The position numbers and the translations under genes are program-made. A stretch of 64,000 nucleotides of DNA from the NCBI GenBank assembly GCA_963777955.1, contig CAVZSQ010000022.1, positions 576,001 to 640,000 on the forward strand, written 5' to 3'. Positions 1 to 9,688 of this stretch are shown here, piece after piece (position 1 is the first letter of the stretch; each line of letters starts with the position of its first letter). Origin of the DNA: Calditrichia bacterium (GTDB lineage: Bacteria; Calditrichota; Calditrichia; JAJRVZ01). Below the pieces are notes generated by a model that did not search any database, was not told where the DNA came from, and worked only from the letters and a program-made list of their open reading frames with translations.

Positions 1-254
1 CAGTGAATGGAAGTAATCACTATCCAGGGCACAATTTTCCAGACAATCAATCCTGCCTTTTGAAAATGAAAGGTATTCAGGCTGGTTACCAGGAATATCG
101 TGGCCAGGCTGGTGGCTACTGCTTCAATATGCGAGTAAGGTAAAATCAGAGTTAACACCGGAACCATGACGATACCCCCGCCCACGCCGAATACGGTTGA
201 GAGTATTCCCACGAGAACCCCGGTGAACAAAACGACTATATAAGTTGAGAGCAT
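1..254 (-). CDS. Sulfite exporter TauE/SafE family membrane protein (5' part; runs off the window)
   Basis: Not in the ORF track. Manual translation from ATG 254 gives MLSTYIVVLFTGVLVGILSTVFGVGGGIVMVPVL..., the TauE GxGGGxxxVP motif. The start overlaps the cold-shock gene stop (TAATG). Confidence 0.85.
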   Translation of the reverse strand, partial: MLSTYIVVLFTGVLVGILSTVFGVGGGIVMVPVLTLILPYSHIEAVATSLATIFLVTSLNTFHFQKAGLIVWKIVPWIVITSIH

Positions 255-475
255 TACTCTTGGTTTTCAACGACCTGTAAATTTTTTGCTTCCAGGCCTT
301 TTCGTCCCTGAATTACTTCAAACTCCACTTTCTGCCCGTCCTTGAGTTCACGATAGCCCTGGCCCTGAATCGCGCTATAATGGACAAAAATTTCACCGCC
401 ATCAGGGGCGGTAATAAATCCGTATCCTTTCTTTGCATCAAACCACTTGACGCTTCCGCTCAGACGTTCTGCCAT
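254..475 (-). CDS. Cold-shock protein (CspA family)
   Basis: GSVKWFDAKKGYGFI and EIFVHYSAI (RNP1/RNP2 motifs); GGAGG RBS upstream. Confidence 0.97.
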   Translation of the reverse strand: MAERLSGSVKWFDAKKGYGFITAPDGGEIFVHYSAIQGQGYRELKDGQKVEFEVIQGRKGLEAKNLQVVENQE

Positions 476-612
476 GTAGAAAACCTCCAGAAAATTTAAT
501 CTGTTTAAATGTTAGAATAATTAAAGAGAACAAACTGCCATACTCAAAATGATATCTAAAGATTTTGATCTAGTAATTCCGTCAAAAGTAAAATCTTAAT
601 AAAAATATTTTT

Positions 613-1401
613 CTAATGCAATGATTTATTCGGATTAAGAAATGATTGCAGCGCCGCTATAACCGCTGCCGGATTCTCGGCCGGCAGCCAGTGGGTTGTA
701 TTCTCAACCGTCATGATCTCAGCCTGAGAAAATAACTTTTTTATAGAAGGCTCGTCAGCAGTCCTGACATAATCCGATAAAGCACCGCGGATAAAAAGGC
801 ACGGCCGGCCGAAGGACTGCTGCTCAGACTGAATTCCTGCTCCCAGTCCGGCCAGATTCAGGGCGATAACCGGCAGATTCAGCCGCCAGGAATATTTTCC
901 AGCGGTGGTTCGATAAAGATTTTTCAATAAAAATTGACGAAGCGCGGGGTGCTGAATAGACAGGGATAACTGATCATCCGCCTGCTCCCGGTTCTTAAGT
1001 TGATTGAGATTAATGGCTAATAGACTGGTGATGATCTCCTGGTGGTGAATCGGATACGGTCGCGGAGCGATATCGATGACCACCAGTCGGTCAACCCGGT
1101 GGGGATAATTCAGTGCAAATTTCATGGCAGTCACGCCGCCCATGGAATGCCCGACCAATGATACCTGACGAAGGTTAAGGTCAGCCAGAAATTCATAGAT
1201 ATCTTCGACCATCACTTCATAGTTAAAAATTTTACTATGCGGTGAACGGCCATGATTACGCATATCCAGTAAATAAAGCTGGCCTGCATCCTTCAGATCC
1301 TTGGCGATGGTCAGCCAGTTATCGGCGGAACCGAAAAGACCGTGCAGGAACAATACGGGATTTCCGTTACCGGTTTTACGATAGAATAATTTCATATACA
1401 A
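613..1401 (-). CDS. Alpha/beta hydrolase, YbfF-like esterase (start may be ATG 1395)
   Basis: LHGLFGS, DMRNHGRS, GHSMGG nucleophile elbow, C-terminal HW. Confidence 0.9.
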   Translation of the reverse strand: MYMKLFYRKTGNGNPVLFLHGLFGSADNWLTIAKDLKDAGQLYLLDMRNHGRSPHSKIFNYEVMVEDIYEFLADLNLRQVSLVGHSMGGVTAMKFALNYPHRVDRLVVIDIAPRPYPIHHQEIITSLLAINLNQLKNREQADDQLSLSIQHPALRQFLLKNLYRTTAGKYSWRLNLPVIALNLAGLGAGIQSEQQSFGRPCLFIRGALSDYVRTADEPSIKKLFSQAEIMTVENTTHWLPAENPAAVIAALQSFLNPNKSLH

Positions 1402-1481
1402 AGCAAATCTGTGTCTGTAATCTAATCATAAAACTGATCGTGACCCAAATTTTTCCCGGATTTTCCGGTAAAACGCTCCTA

Positions 1482-1928
1482 TTATTCCTTAACAATTTCA
1501 AATAAGTATTCGGAATCTATGACAAATTCATAGTCACCCTGCAGTAACCAGCCGAAAGTTTCAGGATCATCCAGATAGAGACCGGTGAAGTAGGCCAGAA
1601 AACGTAAACTTTGGTTTGAACCGTGCTTGGCTAAAAACCGTAATTGATCGATTATTTGACGGTAATCCAGATCAGGATAACGATATTTCATCCTGATCAG
1701 ATTGATCATGGCCGATTCCACCAGGCCATCATTCTGCTGGTGCAGGGCCTGCAAATAGTTTGCTGTCCCTTTTTCCAACTGCTGTATATTCCGCAGGGCC
1801 GAGATCGAATCTCCGGCCGCCATAACTGCGGAACTGAAATACTTGCTGGCAGTGCTATCCTGGGCTTGGCCTAAATTAGAACCCAGCCAGCAATAAATAA
1901 TTAAACTGAGTAATTTAAATTTTTTCAT
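1482..1928 (-). CDS. Hypothetical exported protein
   Basis: AGGAGG RBS; Sec signal peptide ending AQA; divergent from the sensor kinase. Confidence 0.7.
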   Translation of the reverse strand: MKKFKLLSLIIYCWLGSNLGQAQDSTASKYFSSAVMAAGDSISALRNIQQLEKGTANYLQALHQQNDGLVESAMINLIRMKYRYPDLDYRQIIDQLRFLAKHGSNQSLRFLAYFTGLYLDDPETFGWLLQGDYEFVIDSEYLFEIVKE

Positions 1929-1984
1929 ACTTGCCTCCTGGCTTTTTAATTCTGAATATAGTTACGAAATCCTTGCGGGCAGGA

Positions 1985-2020
1985 TGTCACCGGCCGGTCA
2001 ATTCTTGTAAAAAATCGTCA
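1985..2020 (-). promoter_or_regulatory. Putative OmpR-family binding box (four T(T/G)ACN pentamers)
   Basis: Minus strand TGACG, TTACA, TGACC, TGACA at 10/10/11 nt spacing; the same pattern occurs at 4461-4496. Confidence 0.45.
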
Positions 2021-2125
2021 TCACTGCGGAGGGCATTAGAATTTATTGAAAAACTTGATTATCTTAATACTGAAAAGATTGGCGCCGCAGCAAAGCCGTT
2101 GAAACTTTGGCAGCACAGGAAGCAG

Positions 2126-3716
2126 ATGGTCATGAAAAGTTCAATTTATAAACTCAGCTTGATCCTGGTGGGGATTATTTTCTTTCCTGCAATTTTTTAT
2201 TCTGTTTATGAGATAGCTACAATTAATAAAAATGAAAAGATGATCAAGCAAATTTATGAGCAGCAACTGGATGTCATTCTGTTTTCAGTGAATCAATATT
2301 TGTGGGATAATCTTACCTCCTGGCAATCAAGAATTAACAGAATCCGTACTCAGAGCGAGGCATATGCAGAAGCGGTCAAGGAAACCGAGTACAGTAAGTT
2401 AATAGAAGAGTTACCGGTGCTGCAAATGCTGGCATTTTCGGACACCGCACTGGGTCGCTGGCGGTTCTTTTTCAGGTCTGATTATAATGGTAATGCCGAT
2501 CTCCTGCGCCGGACGATAACAGACAGGCTTGAAAAAAAATCCGCATTTGCTGAGCAGACTGGGAAAATTCAGCAAAGCCAACTACAGCAAAATTGAAAGT
2601 ATCATGTTTGTTGATCCTGTGGATAGTGGACAGGAAAAATTGATTCTGTATTACATTAGCGCTAATGATAGCGGAAAAAGCCGACTCATTTATTTTGGAA
2701 TTAATCTTAACCAGTTTGTCCAGGCTATTCTTGCCCCCAAACTTGAAGAGATTGCCGGCGATCAGTTTATTGTCGGTGTATTTTCAAAAACTCGTCGACG
2801 TTTAATATATCAGAATATCCCGGTACAAATAGAAGAACTGAAACAAACCAGGGCGTTATGGTTGTTACCGGACTATGAACTGGGTATACGTTTAAAAGGC
2901 GAAAGTATTGAAGATCTTGCCCGTAGCCGTTTTTATATTAACCTGATGATGATATTAGGTATTGATCTGATCCTGCTGCTGGGAGCCTGGCTCGTTTTTA
3001 AAATGATTCGCCAGCAGACAAAACTGGCGCAGATGAAATCGGATTTTGTTTCGAATGTATCTCACGAACTGCGTACGCCGCTGGCCTTGATCAGAATGTA
3101 TGCTGAAACTCTGGAGTTGGGCCGCATCAAAGATAAACAAAAACAGAATGATTATTTTCGCATTATCGGGCAAGAATCCGAACGATTGACACATCTGATC
3201 AACAACATTCTGAACTTTTCCAGAATTGAATCGGGCAAGAAGGAGTATCATTATCAGCAGGTTGATCTGAATAAGACGATCCAGAAGTTGCTGGAGATGT
3301 ACAGTTACCATATTCAAAATGAGGGATTTAAACTAGCCACGGTGCTGGATCCGGTTCTGCCCATGGTTGAGGCAGATGAGGAATCAGTAACGGAAGCCCT
3401 GCTTAATTTACTGGACAATGCGATTAAGTATAGTGAACAGGATAAATTTATTGCGGTGCGTACCCTGCAACAGGATCGCCAGGTGTGTATTCAGGTCGAA
3501 GATCATGGGATCGGTATCGCTGCCACACAGGCCGGACTCATCTTTGAAAAATTTTACCGTGTATCCGGAGGACTGGTCCAGCGTACCAAAGGCAGCGGTT
3601 TGGGTCTGACCCTGGTGAAGCATATCATGGAGGCTCATCAGGGCAGGGTAGAGGTTAAAAGCACGCCCGGGGAAGGGAGTTGCTTCACTTTAATATTTCC
3701 TGTCAGAATTTCATAG
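2126..3716 (+). CDS. Membrane sensor histidine kinase (one apparent frameshift at the A8 run 2532-2539)
   Basis: Two TM helices; HisKA motif FVSNVSHELRTPL; HATPase NLLDNAIKYS, DHGIG, GSGLGL. Two ORFs join if one A is removed. Confidence 0.93.
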
Positions 3717-3741
3717 AGTAACTAATAGCAGTGGAGGAAAA

Positions 3742-4422
3742 ATGGCACGTATCCTGATCGTTGAAGATGAAATCCGGATGCGCAAAGGATTGCAGGATAA
3801 CCTGGAATATGAAGGATACGATGTGGATTTCGCCAGGGACGGTGAAGAAGGGCAAAAGAAGATTTTAGAAAATGTATACGATTTGATCTTGCTCGATGTG
3901 ATGCTGCCCGGGAAATCCGGTTTCGATATCTGTAAAGATGTCCGCTCCAGAGGGGTGACTTGTCCAATCCTGATGTTGACTGCTAAAGGGGAAGAAATTG
4001 ACCGGGTGCTGGGCCTGGAATTGGGGGCTGATGATTATATCACCAAACCGTTCAGTTTAAGGGAATTGCTGGCCCGTATCAAGGCTGCCCTGCGCCGCAG
4101 CAGTGGTACTATTAAGGATGGAGCACTGGTTACGATGGGCAAGTTACAGATCAATTTTAACAGCTATGAGGCTTATACCGGAGACCAGAATATAAATATG
4201 ACCCATAAGGAATATGATATACTAAAATATTTTTGGCAGCACAGGAATGAAACGGTCAGTCGTGATCAATTATTGAATGAGGTCTGGGGGTATGACCAAA
4301 GCACTACTACCCGTACGGTCGATAATTTTATTCTAAAGTTGAGACAGAAAATTGAAATTGATCCGGTTAATCCCAGGCATATCCTGACCGTGTACGGTCT
4401 AGGTTATAAATATATAGATTAA
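3742..4422 (+). CDS. OmpR/PhoB-family response regulator
   Basis: Receiver domain (VEDE, LLDVMLP, GADDYITKPF) plus winged helix (TRTVDNFILKLRQKIE, VYGLGYK). Confidence 0.97.
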   Translation: MARILIVEDEIRMRKGLQDNLEYEGYDVDFARDGEEGQKKILENVYDLILLDVMLPGKSGFDICKDVRSRGVTCPILMLTAKGEEIDRVLGLELGADDYITKPFSLRELLARIKAALRRSSGTIKDGALVTMGKLQINFNSYEAYTGDQNINMTHKEYDILKYFWQHRNETVSRDQLLNEVWGYDQSTTTRTVDNFILKLRQKIEIDPVNPRHILTVYGLGYKYID

Positions 4423-4460
4423 CTATCGTTCCCAGCCGAATATGAGCCTTCCGGTTATAT

Positions 4461-4496
4461 TTACATTTGTTTACAAACTTTTACTTCGTTTTGACA
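4461..4496 (+). promoter_or_regulatory. Putative OmpR-family binding box
   Basis: TTACA(4461), TTACA(4471), TTACT(4481), TGACA(4492) upstream of the 4529 gene. Confidence 0.5.
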
Positions 4497-4528
4497 CCTG
4501 ATAACGGGGGATTCAGTAGTTTTACAAT

Positions 4529-5620
4529 ATGAAAAAACAGATTCTAAAAAGGAATATAAATATGGTTTTAATGGCCGGTTTATTCCTGGCCAGTCTGCAA
4601 TTATTACCGGCCCAGGACTGGCAACGGGTCGCGGATCTGCGCGGAATCTGGAAATTTTCCATTGGCGACAATGCGGAGTGGGTCCGCTATGATTATAATG
4701 ATAGCGACTGGGATAGCATCTTTGTCCCGGCATCCTGGGAAGATGAAGGTTTTCCCGGCTACGATGGATATGCCTGGTATCGAAAGCACTTTCGATTAGC
4801 ATCCATTGACCGTGATAAGAATTTATACGTTAATTTGGGCTTTATTGATGATGTGGATGAAGTATATTTTAACGGCCATTTCATCGGCTTCTTCGGATTA
4901 TTTCCTCCCCTGTATTTTACTGCTTATAATTTCGAGCGGATTTATCGTATACCTGGTGAATTTCTGAATCTCCGCAGTGACAATGTGCTCAGCGTGCGGG
5001 TTTATGATGAACAGCAAGCGGGCGGCATCATCCGCGGCCAGGTCGGTATCTACGCGAAAAGGAATGATTTGAAGTTGTTATTATCTTTGGAAGGACCATG
5101 GAAATTCGCCCTGGGCAACGATATGAATCGTAAGCGGGTTGATTATGACGATTCCCAGTGGAAAAATGTTATGGTTCCCGCTTACTGGGAAACACAGGGC
5201 TACCGTAATTATGATGGTCTGGCCTGGTACCGCAAAGAATTCTTTATCCCTGAAAAATTGCGTAATGAACGACTGGTACTGCTGCTGGGTAAAATTGATG
5301 ATCTGGACGAAACTTATCTGAATGGCAAACTGATCGGCAGAACCGGAAATATGAAGAATCTTTCCTGGCAAACTCCGTCGAATGAGTGGTTGGAATTACG
5401 AGTCTACGAACTCTCGCTGAATGATATTCAATTTGGACAGATGAATATTTTGGCCGTGCGTGTCTTCGATGGCCTGGTACAGGGGGGTATCTATGAGGGT
5501 CCGGTAGGAATAGCCCTTTATCAGGATTATAAAGTGTGGTTAAAAGAATTGCAGAAACCAAAAAAAGGCATAATAGACAGACTTTTCGGAAAAGACGATG
5601 CAGAATCCATTCATTTTTAG
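4529..5620 (+). CDS. Secreted protein with tandem beta-galactosidase jelly-roll (sugar-binding) domains
   Basis: Signal peptide; two copies of WKF...YDGxAWYRKxF...LGxIDDxDExYxNG...VRVxD...GGI. Confidence 0.85.
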   Translation: MKKQILKRNINMVLMAGLFLASLQLLPAQDWQRVADLRGIWKFSIGDNAEWVRYDYNDSDWDSIFVPASWEDEGFPGYDGYAWYRKHFRLASIDRDKNLYVNLGFIDDVDEVYFNGHFIGFFGLFPPLYFTAYNFERIYRIPGEFLNLRSDNVLSVRVYDEQQAGGIIRGQVGIYAKRNDLKLLLSLEGPWKFALGNDMNRKRVDYDDSQWKNVMVPAYWETQGYRNYDGLAWYRKEFFIPEKLRNERLVLLLGKIDDLDETYLNGKLIGRTGNMKNLSWQTPSNEWLELRVYELSLNDIQFGQMNILAVRVFDGLVQGGIYEGPVGIALYQDYKVWLKELQKPKKGIIDRLFGKDDAESIHF

Positions 5621-5698
5621 TTGTACTTGTATTTCAGAATAAATTAATTTATTTTATCCTAAACGCGTTAATCATTCACGTAACAATAAGGAGGATTT

Positions 5699-6287
5699 AT
5701 GCGCTTAGTGAAGATTAGTATGCTGGTCCTTTTTATGATCTTATTTGCCGGTATGGCCCAGGCCCAGTTGATGTTCGGTGTTCAGGGCGGAATCGGAGGT
5801 TCAGTATTTGAAGATCAGAAAGAAGGGGCCAGCAGTGTTCCGATCGGCATATTCGCAGGTACCAATGCTCTGCCGTTGTTTGATCTCGGGGTGGAGTACA
5901 ATATGCTGGTTGTACCGTTTAAATTCGAAGGAGAAGTTCTGACCCAAAAAGTCGAAACGGAATACACCCAATCTTATTACGGTGCGTTTATCAGATGGTA
6001 TGTATTACCGCTGCCGGTGATTGAACCGTATGTTCGGGCAGGCGCTGCCTATTACACTGGCAAAGCTGACGGTAAAAGTAGCCGGAGAGAGTGAAGATTT
6101 TAAGTTTAAGAATACCCTCGGTTTCAATATTGGCGCCGGTGTAAAAACCATGACCGGGCTGTACGGTGAGTTTATATTCCATTTACTATCACGTGAGCTC
6201 GATACTGAATCTGTCGATCCTGCAACAGCCAAAGATGCTGCCTATAATAACTGGATGTTAATGGTTGGTTTTCAGTTTGAGTTATAA
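5699..6287 (+). CDS. Outer-membrane beta-barrel (porin-like) protein; frameshift near the GA repeat ~6085
   Basis: Signal peptide ending AQA; amphipathic strands; PYVRAG, GFNIGAG; C-terminal GFQFEL. Two ORFs join. Confidence 0.8.
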
Positions 6288-6304
6288 GAGTTATAAACAT
6301 ATTT

Positions 6305-6342
6305 AATAAAAAAGCCACTTCAGCGGAAGTGGCTTTTTTATT
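6305..6342. terminator. Bidirectional intrinsic terminator
   Basis: AATAAAAAAGCCACTTC-AGCG-GAAGTGGCTTTTTTATT, a perfect inverted repeat between convergent genes. Confidence 0.9.
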
Positions 6343-6375
6343 TATGAATGATCGATTTATAGCAGAAAAATTTTA

Positions 6376-7410
6376 TTAAAAGTTTGCATTGAGAATCGGC
6401 AGAATTTTCAAAAGCGGCGGATTATCCCGCACGTAGTTGATCAAACCAATCTGCACCCCTTTTAATTGCCAGCTGTAATTGACGATACCGATCGAAACTC
6501 CGATCTGTTCACCTTTGATGTAGTTAAAAGCACTGGCAGCCAACCCCGTGTGCGAGCCATTTTCCTGAATCCTGATATTAGCCAGCGCGATGGTCACACC
6601 GGTAATATCTTCCCCTCCGGCGCCCAGACCGGCGAGCGTGATTCCTTCAATACGGGGTGCTCCGGCCCCCAGTCCGGCAATAGTAATTCCGGTTATTTTT
6701 TCTCCAGATCCGGCGCCCAGACCGGCGATGGTCAGCCCGCTCATGCTCTTTGAGCAGCCAACCCCTAATCCGGCTAAGGTCAGCCATTTGAGGTTTCCAC
6801 CGGCTCCGACTCCCCCTAATGCGAAGTTGATACCCGACACGTTTCCACCAGCGCCCAGACCAAGACCGCCAATGCTGATTCCGGTCAGATTTTCGCCGGC
6901 CCCGGCCCCCAATCCACCGATCAGGATCCCGGTTATGTTTCCACCGCTGCCTGCCCCCAGGCCGCCGATAAAAACGCCCTGCATGGATCCGCCGGCGCCC
7001 ACACCCAGTCCGCCGATGGCAATACCGCTGATTGAGCCGCCGCAACCGGCACCCAATAATCCCAGCGAGATACCTTTAATCTTATGTTTAGCCCCGACAC
7101 CGGCAATTCCTAACTGTACTCCCGATAAATATCCGGCTTCGGGGAGAGTCCCGAATGAAAAGCCCTGCACGCTGGCCTGCTCATTATCGTAGGCACTCCA
7201 CAGGGTTAGATTGATGCCGTTTATCTTCTCAACATCATGATCGCGGTAATTAAAACGGATTCCGGTAAATTTTTTTGAATTTCCAAAACTGATACCGGCC
7301 TGGTGAGCAGGAAGGTCAAGACTCTGTGCCCGGGCAGATGACCAGGGCAGGTATATGAGTACAAAAAGCAAAAAGGATGAGATGTAAAATTTCTGGCCGT
7401 TGCGAAACAT
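6376..7410 (-). CDS. Exported glycine-rich 15-aa repeat protein (LA_2272-like surface repeat)
   Basis: Signal peptide; about 12 tandem repeats like GISIGGLGLGAGGNV; C-terminal GVQIGLINY...LPILNANF. Confidence 0.75.
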   Translation of the reverse strand: MFRNGQKFYISSFLLFVLIYLPWSSARAQSLDLPAHQAGISFGNSKKFTGIRFNYRDHDVEKINGINLTLWSAYDNEQASVQGFSFGTLPEAGYLSGVQLGIAGVGAKHKIKGISLGLLGAGCGGSISGIAIGGLGVGAGGSMQGVFIGGLGAGSGGNITGILIGGLGAGAGENLTGISIGGLGLGAGGNVSGINFALGGVGAGGNLKWLTLAGLGVGCSKSMSGLTIAGLGAGSGEKITGITIAGLGAGAPRIEGITLAGLGAGGEDITGVTIALANIRIQENGSHTGLAASAFNYIKGEQIGVSIGIVNYSWQLKGVQIGLINYVRDNPPLLKILPILNANF

Positions 7411-7456
7411 ATTTCATCTCCTGTGAAGTTAAATGGAAAAGCAGTTTTGCTTTTAG

Positions 7457-7483
7457 TACGTAGTGCGGTTTAGAATAGTTACA
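7457..7483 (-). promoter_or_regulatory. Putative ECF-sigma promoter
   Basis: Minus strand TGTAAC-N17-CGTA, about 47 nt upstream of the 7410 start; fits the AAC/CGT ECF consensus. Confidence 0.45.
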
Positions 7484-7539
7484 CTTATGACAAAAGAAAC
7501 AGGCAGCAGTTTTGAGTACTTTAATAATCCACCCCTTTT

Positions 7540-7910
7540 ATCTACAAATCTATGATGCCTGCGGCATCAGGGCACCAGATTAATAAATTAAATGCCGCAA
7601 CTCAAGAGTTGCGGCTACCACCCTTTCACTCGATTCAATCCCCGCAATCTGAAGATTGCGGTTACCAGCTATCTTCTGTTCTATTAATGCTTTTTCCTAT
7701 CAATTCAAAGATTCCCGCCAACATACGATCAAATGTGCTGTGCGCTCAGCGGGAATGACCCTATATTGTTTTTTTCTCTCAGGTACTCAGGGACTCAATG
7801 GGCAGGTCGCGACCTGCCCCTACTATGTGCCTCAGTGCCTTATCTTTACCCTTTTCCTCTGCCTTACGGCAGATCTACGGCCTGGCTTACGCCATGCCTC
7901 CGACTTTATC
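7540..7910 (-). repeat. Mosaic array of REP-like repeats downstream of trxB
   Basis: GTCGGAG module (7859-7904), GGCAC 8-mers, GTAGGGGC REP (7800-7823), ATTCCC..GGGAAT element (7710-7759), two GGTA(G/A)CCGCAA palindromes (7642-7666, 7595-7619), TGATGCC..GGCATCA (7553-7569); all recur elsewhere in the window. Confidence 0.85.
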
Positions 7911-7912
7911 CT

Positions 7913-8842
7913 TTACTCTTCTAGATATCTCTCCGCATCAATGGCTGCCATACAGCCGCTGCCGGCGGCAGTGATGGCCTGCCGGTAAATCCGGTCCTGG
8001 ACATCACCGCAGGCGAATACCCCTGCAATACTGGTGCGGGTTGAGCCGGCCTGTGTTTGAATATAGCCATCCGGATCAAGCGTTAGCAGGTCCTGGAAGA
8101 TACCTGTGTTGGGAGTATGACCGATAGCCATAAAAACACCGTCTATTTTCTGTTCAGTCAAAGCGCCGGTTTTAGTGTCCTGCAACACGACTGCCTGAAC
8201 CACTTTATCACCTCTGATCTCAGTGATGGTCTTATTCAGCAGGAATTCGATTTTTTTGTTTGTTTTAGCTTTTTCGAGCATGATTTTTGAGGCGCGGAAT
8301 CCTTCGCGGCGGTGCACAATATAAACCTTGCTGGCAAATTTAGTCAGGAAGACGGCCTCTTCCATAGCTGAATCACCGCCCCCCACGATCATCACCTCTT
8401 TCTCCTTAAAAAAGAAACCATCACAGGTGGCACATGCTGAAATGCCGTAACCCATATATTTTTGTTCCGAGGGAATACCCAGCCAGCGGGCTGAGGCACC
8501 GGTGGCAATGATCACCGCATCGCTGGTGTATATCTGATCTTCGCTGGTGACAGTAAACGGCCTGTGCCGGGTAAAATCGACCGCAGTTACCAGCTCAAAC
8601 TTGCAGGTGGCGCCGAAGCGGACAGCCTGTTTACGCATATCGTCCATTAACTGCGGTCCCATGATACCGCCGGGAAATCCGGGATAATTCTCCACCTCGG
8701 TGGTGATCATAAGTTGTCCGCCCGGCTGATTTCCTTCCAGAACCAAAGGTGCCAGATTAGCCCGGGCGCTGTAGATGGCGGCAGTTAAGCCGGCTGGCCC
8801 ACTGCCGATGATTATCAGTTTAAAATGTTCACTTTTTTTCAT
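7913..8842 (-). CDS. trxB: Thioredoxin-disulfide reductase
   Basis: IIGSGPAGLTAA, CATCDG active site, GGGDSAMEEA, GDVQD..RQAITAAGSG. Confidence 0.98.
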   Translation of the reverse strand: MKKSEHFKLIIIGSGPAGLTAAIYSARANLAPLVLEGNQPGGQLMITTEVENYPGFPGGIMGPQLMDDMRKQAVRFGATCKFELVTAVDFTRHRPFTVTSEDQIYTSDAVIIATGASARWLGIPSEQKYMGYGISACATCDGFFFKEKEVMIVGGGDSAMEEAVFLTKFASKVYIVHRREGFRASKIMLEKAKTNKKIEFLLNKTITEIRGDKVVQAVVLQDTKTGALTEQKIDGVFMAIGHTPNTGIFQDLLTLDPDGYIQTQAGSTRTSIAGVFACGDVQDRIYRQAITAAGSGCMAAIDAERYLEE

Positions 8843-8948
8843 TTCCTGCTCCACTCGACATGATTAGTTATTTCCGCTATAATTTTAATTTAATAATTAT
8901 TCTCACTACAGACTAATTAGATTATTTAAATGGGATAAAGTTACATGT

Positions 8949-9032
8949 TAAAGGTTAAAGGCCAAAGGCAAAAGGATAAAGAACACGTCTATACTATGTT
9001 TTTCTCCCTTTATCCTTTTACCTTTAACCTTT
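8949..9032. repeat. Inverted pair of AAAGGNN heptamer tandem repeats
   Basis: Left TAAAGGTTAAAGGCCAAAGGCAAAAGGATAAAG, right CCCTTTATCCTTTTACCTTTAACCTTT; 25 nt of the left arm are identical at 41963. Confidence 0.8.
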
Positions 9033-9180
9033 GTCCCCTGGTCTCATTGTACTACTGAGATATTTTCAAAATCTCACCCCTATCGCTGTGCTTGTCTATG
9101 GATTTTTAGTATATTTGAGAATATAAAATACAAAGCAATCCTGCGGAATTTAATATCCTTTTATGCCGGAGAGCACATCG

Positions 9181-9663
9181 ATGGAATTAAAAATAATTAA
9201 AATTGAAAAACCGGATGAAATGAATTTTATACTGGGCCAGTCCCATTTCATTAAAACAGTGGAAGACATTCATGAGGCGATAGTGAATGTCAATCCCGGT
9301 ATTAAATTCGGCCTGGCTTTTTGTGAATCTTCGGGAAAAGCACTGGTGCGCTCCAGTGGCACTGACCGGGACTTAATCAAACTGGCAGAGCAGAATGCGC
9401 TCAAACTGAGTTGCGGACACATTTTCATCCTGTTCCTGGGTAACGCCTTTCCGCTAAATATTTTAAATACGATTAAAATGGTGCCGGAGATTGTTTCCAT
9501 TTATTGCGCCACGGCAAATGAGACTGAAGTGGTTATTGCGGAAACCGAAAGCGGCCGGGGAATACTGGGGGTAATCGATGGAATCAAAAGCCAGGGGGTG
9601 GAGCAGGAAGAGGATGTCAGGGAAAGGAAAAATCTTTTACGTAAAATCGGTTATAAATTCTGA
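9181..9663 (+). CDS. Adenosine-specific kinase family protein (DUF355)
   Basis: NFILGQSHFIKTVEDIHE, FGLAFCESSG, GRGILGVIDG, LLRKIGYK family motifs. Confidence 0.9.
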   Translation: MELKIIKIEKPDEMNFILGQSHFIKTVEDIHEAIVNVNPGIKFGLAFCESSGKALVRSSGTDRDLIKLAEQNALKLSCGHIFILFLGNAFPLNILNTIKMVPEIVSIYCATANETEVVIAETESGRGILGVIDGIKSQGVEQEEDVRERKNLLRKIGYKF

Positions 9664-9688
9664 GAAGAGTGATAGCGGGTAATACTAC

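Noticed and set aside
6466..7192. Pro-rich and Arg-rich ORFs overlapping the Gly-rich gene
   Set aside because: Antisense or alternate-frame shadows of the GGN-rich repeat gene.
7552..7988. Small ORFs in repeat mosaics (also 27438-27635, 27822-28004, 45881-46117)
   Set aside because: Translations of repeat DNA (e.g. SLCPFVPLSLCP) with no RBS or family motifs.
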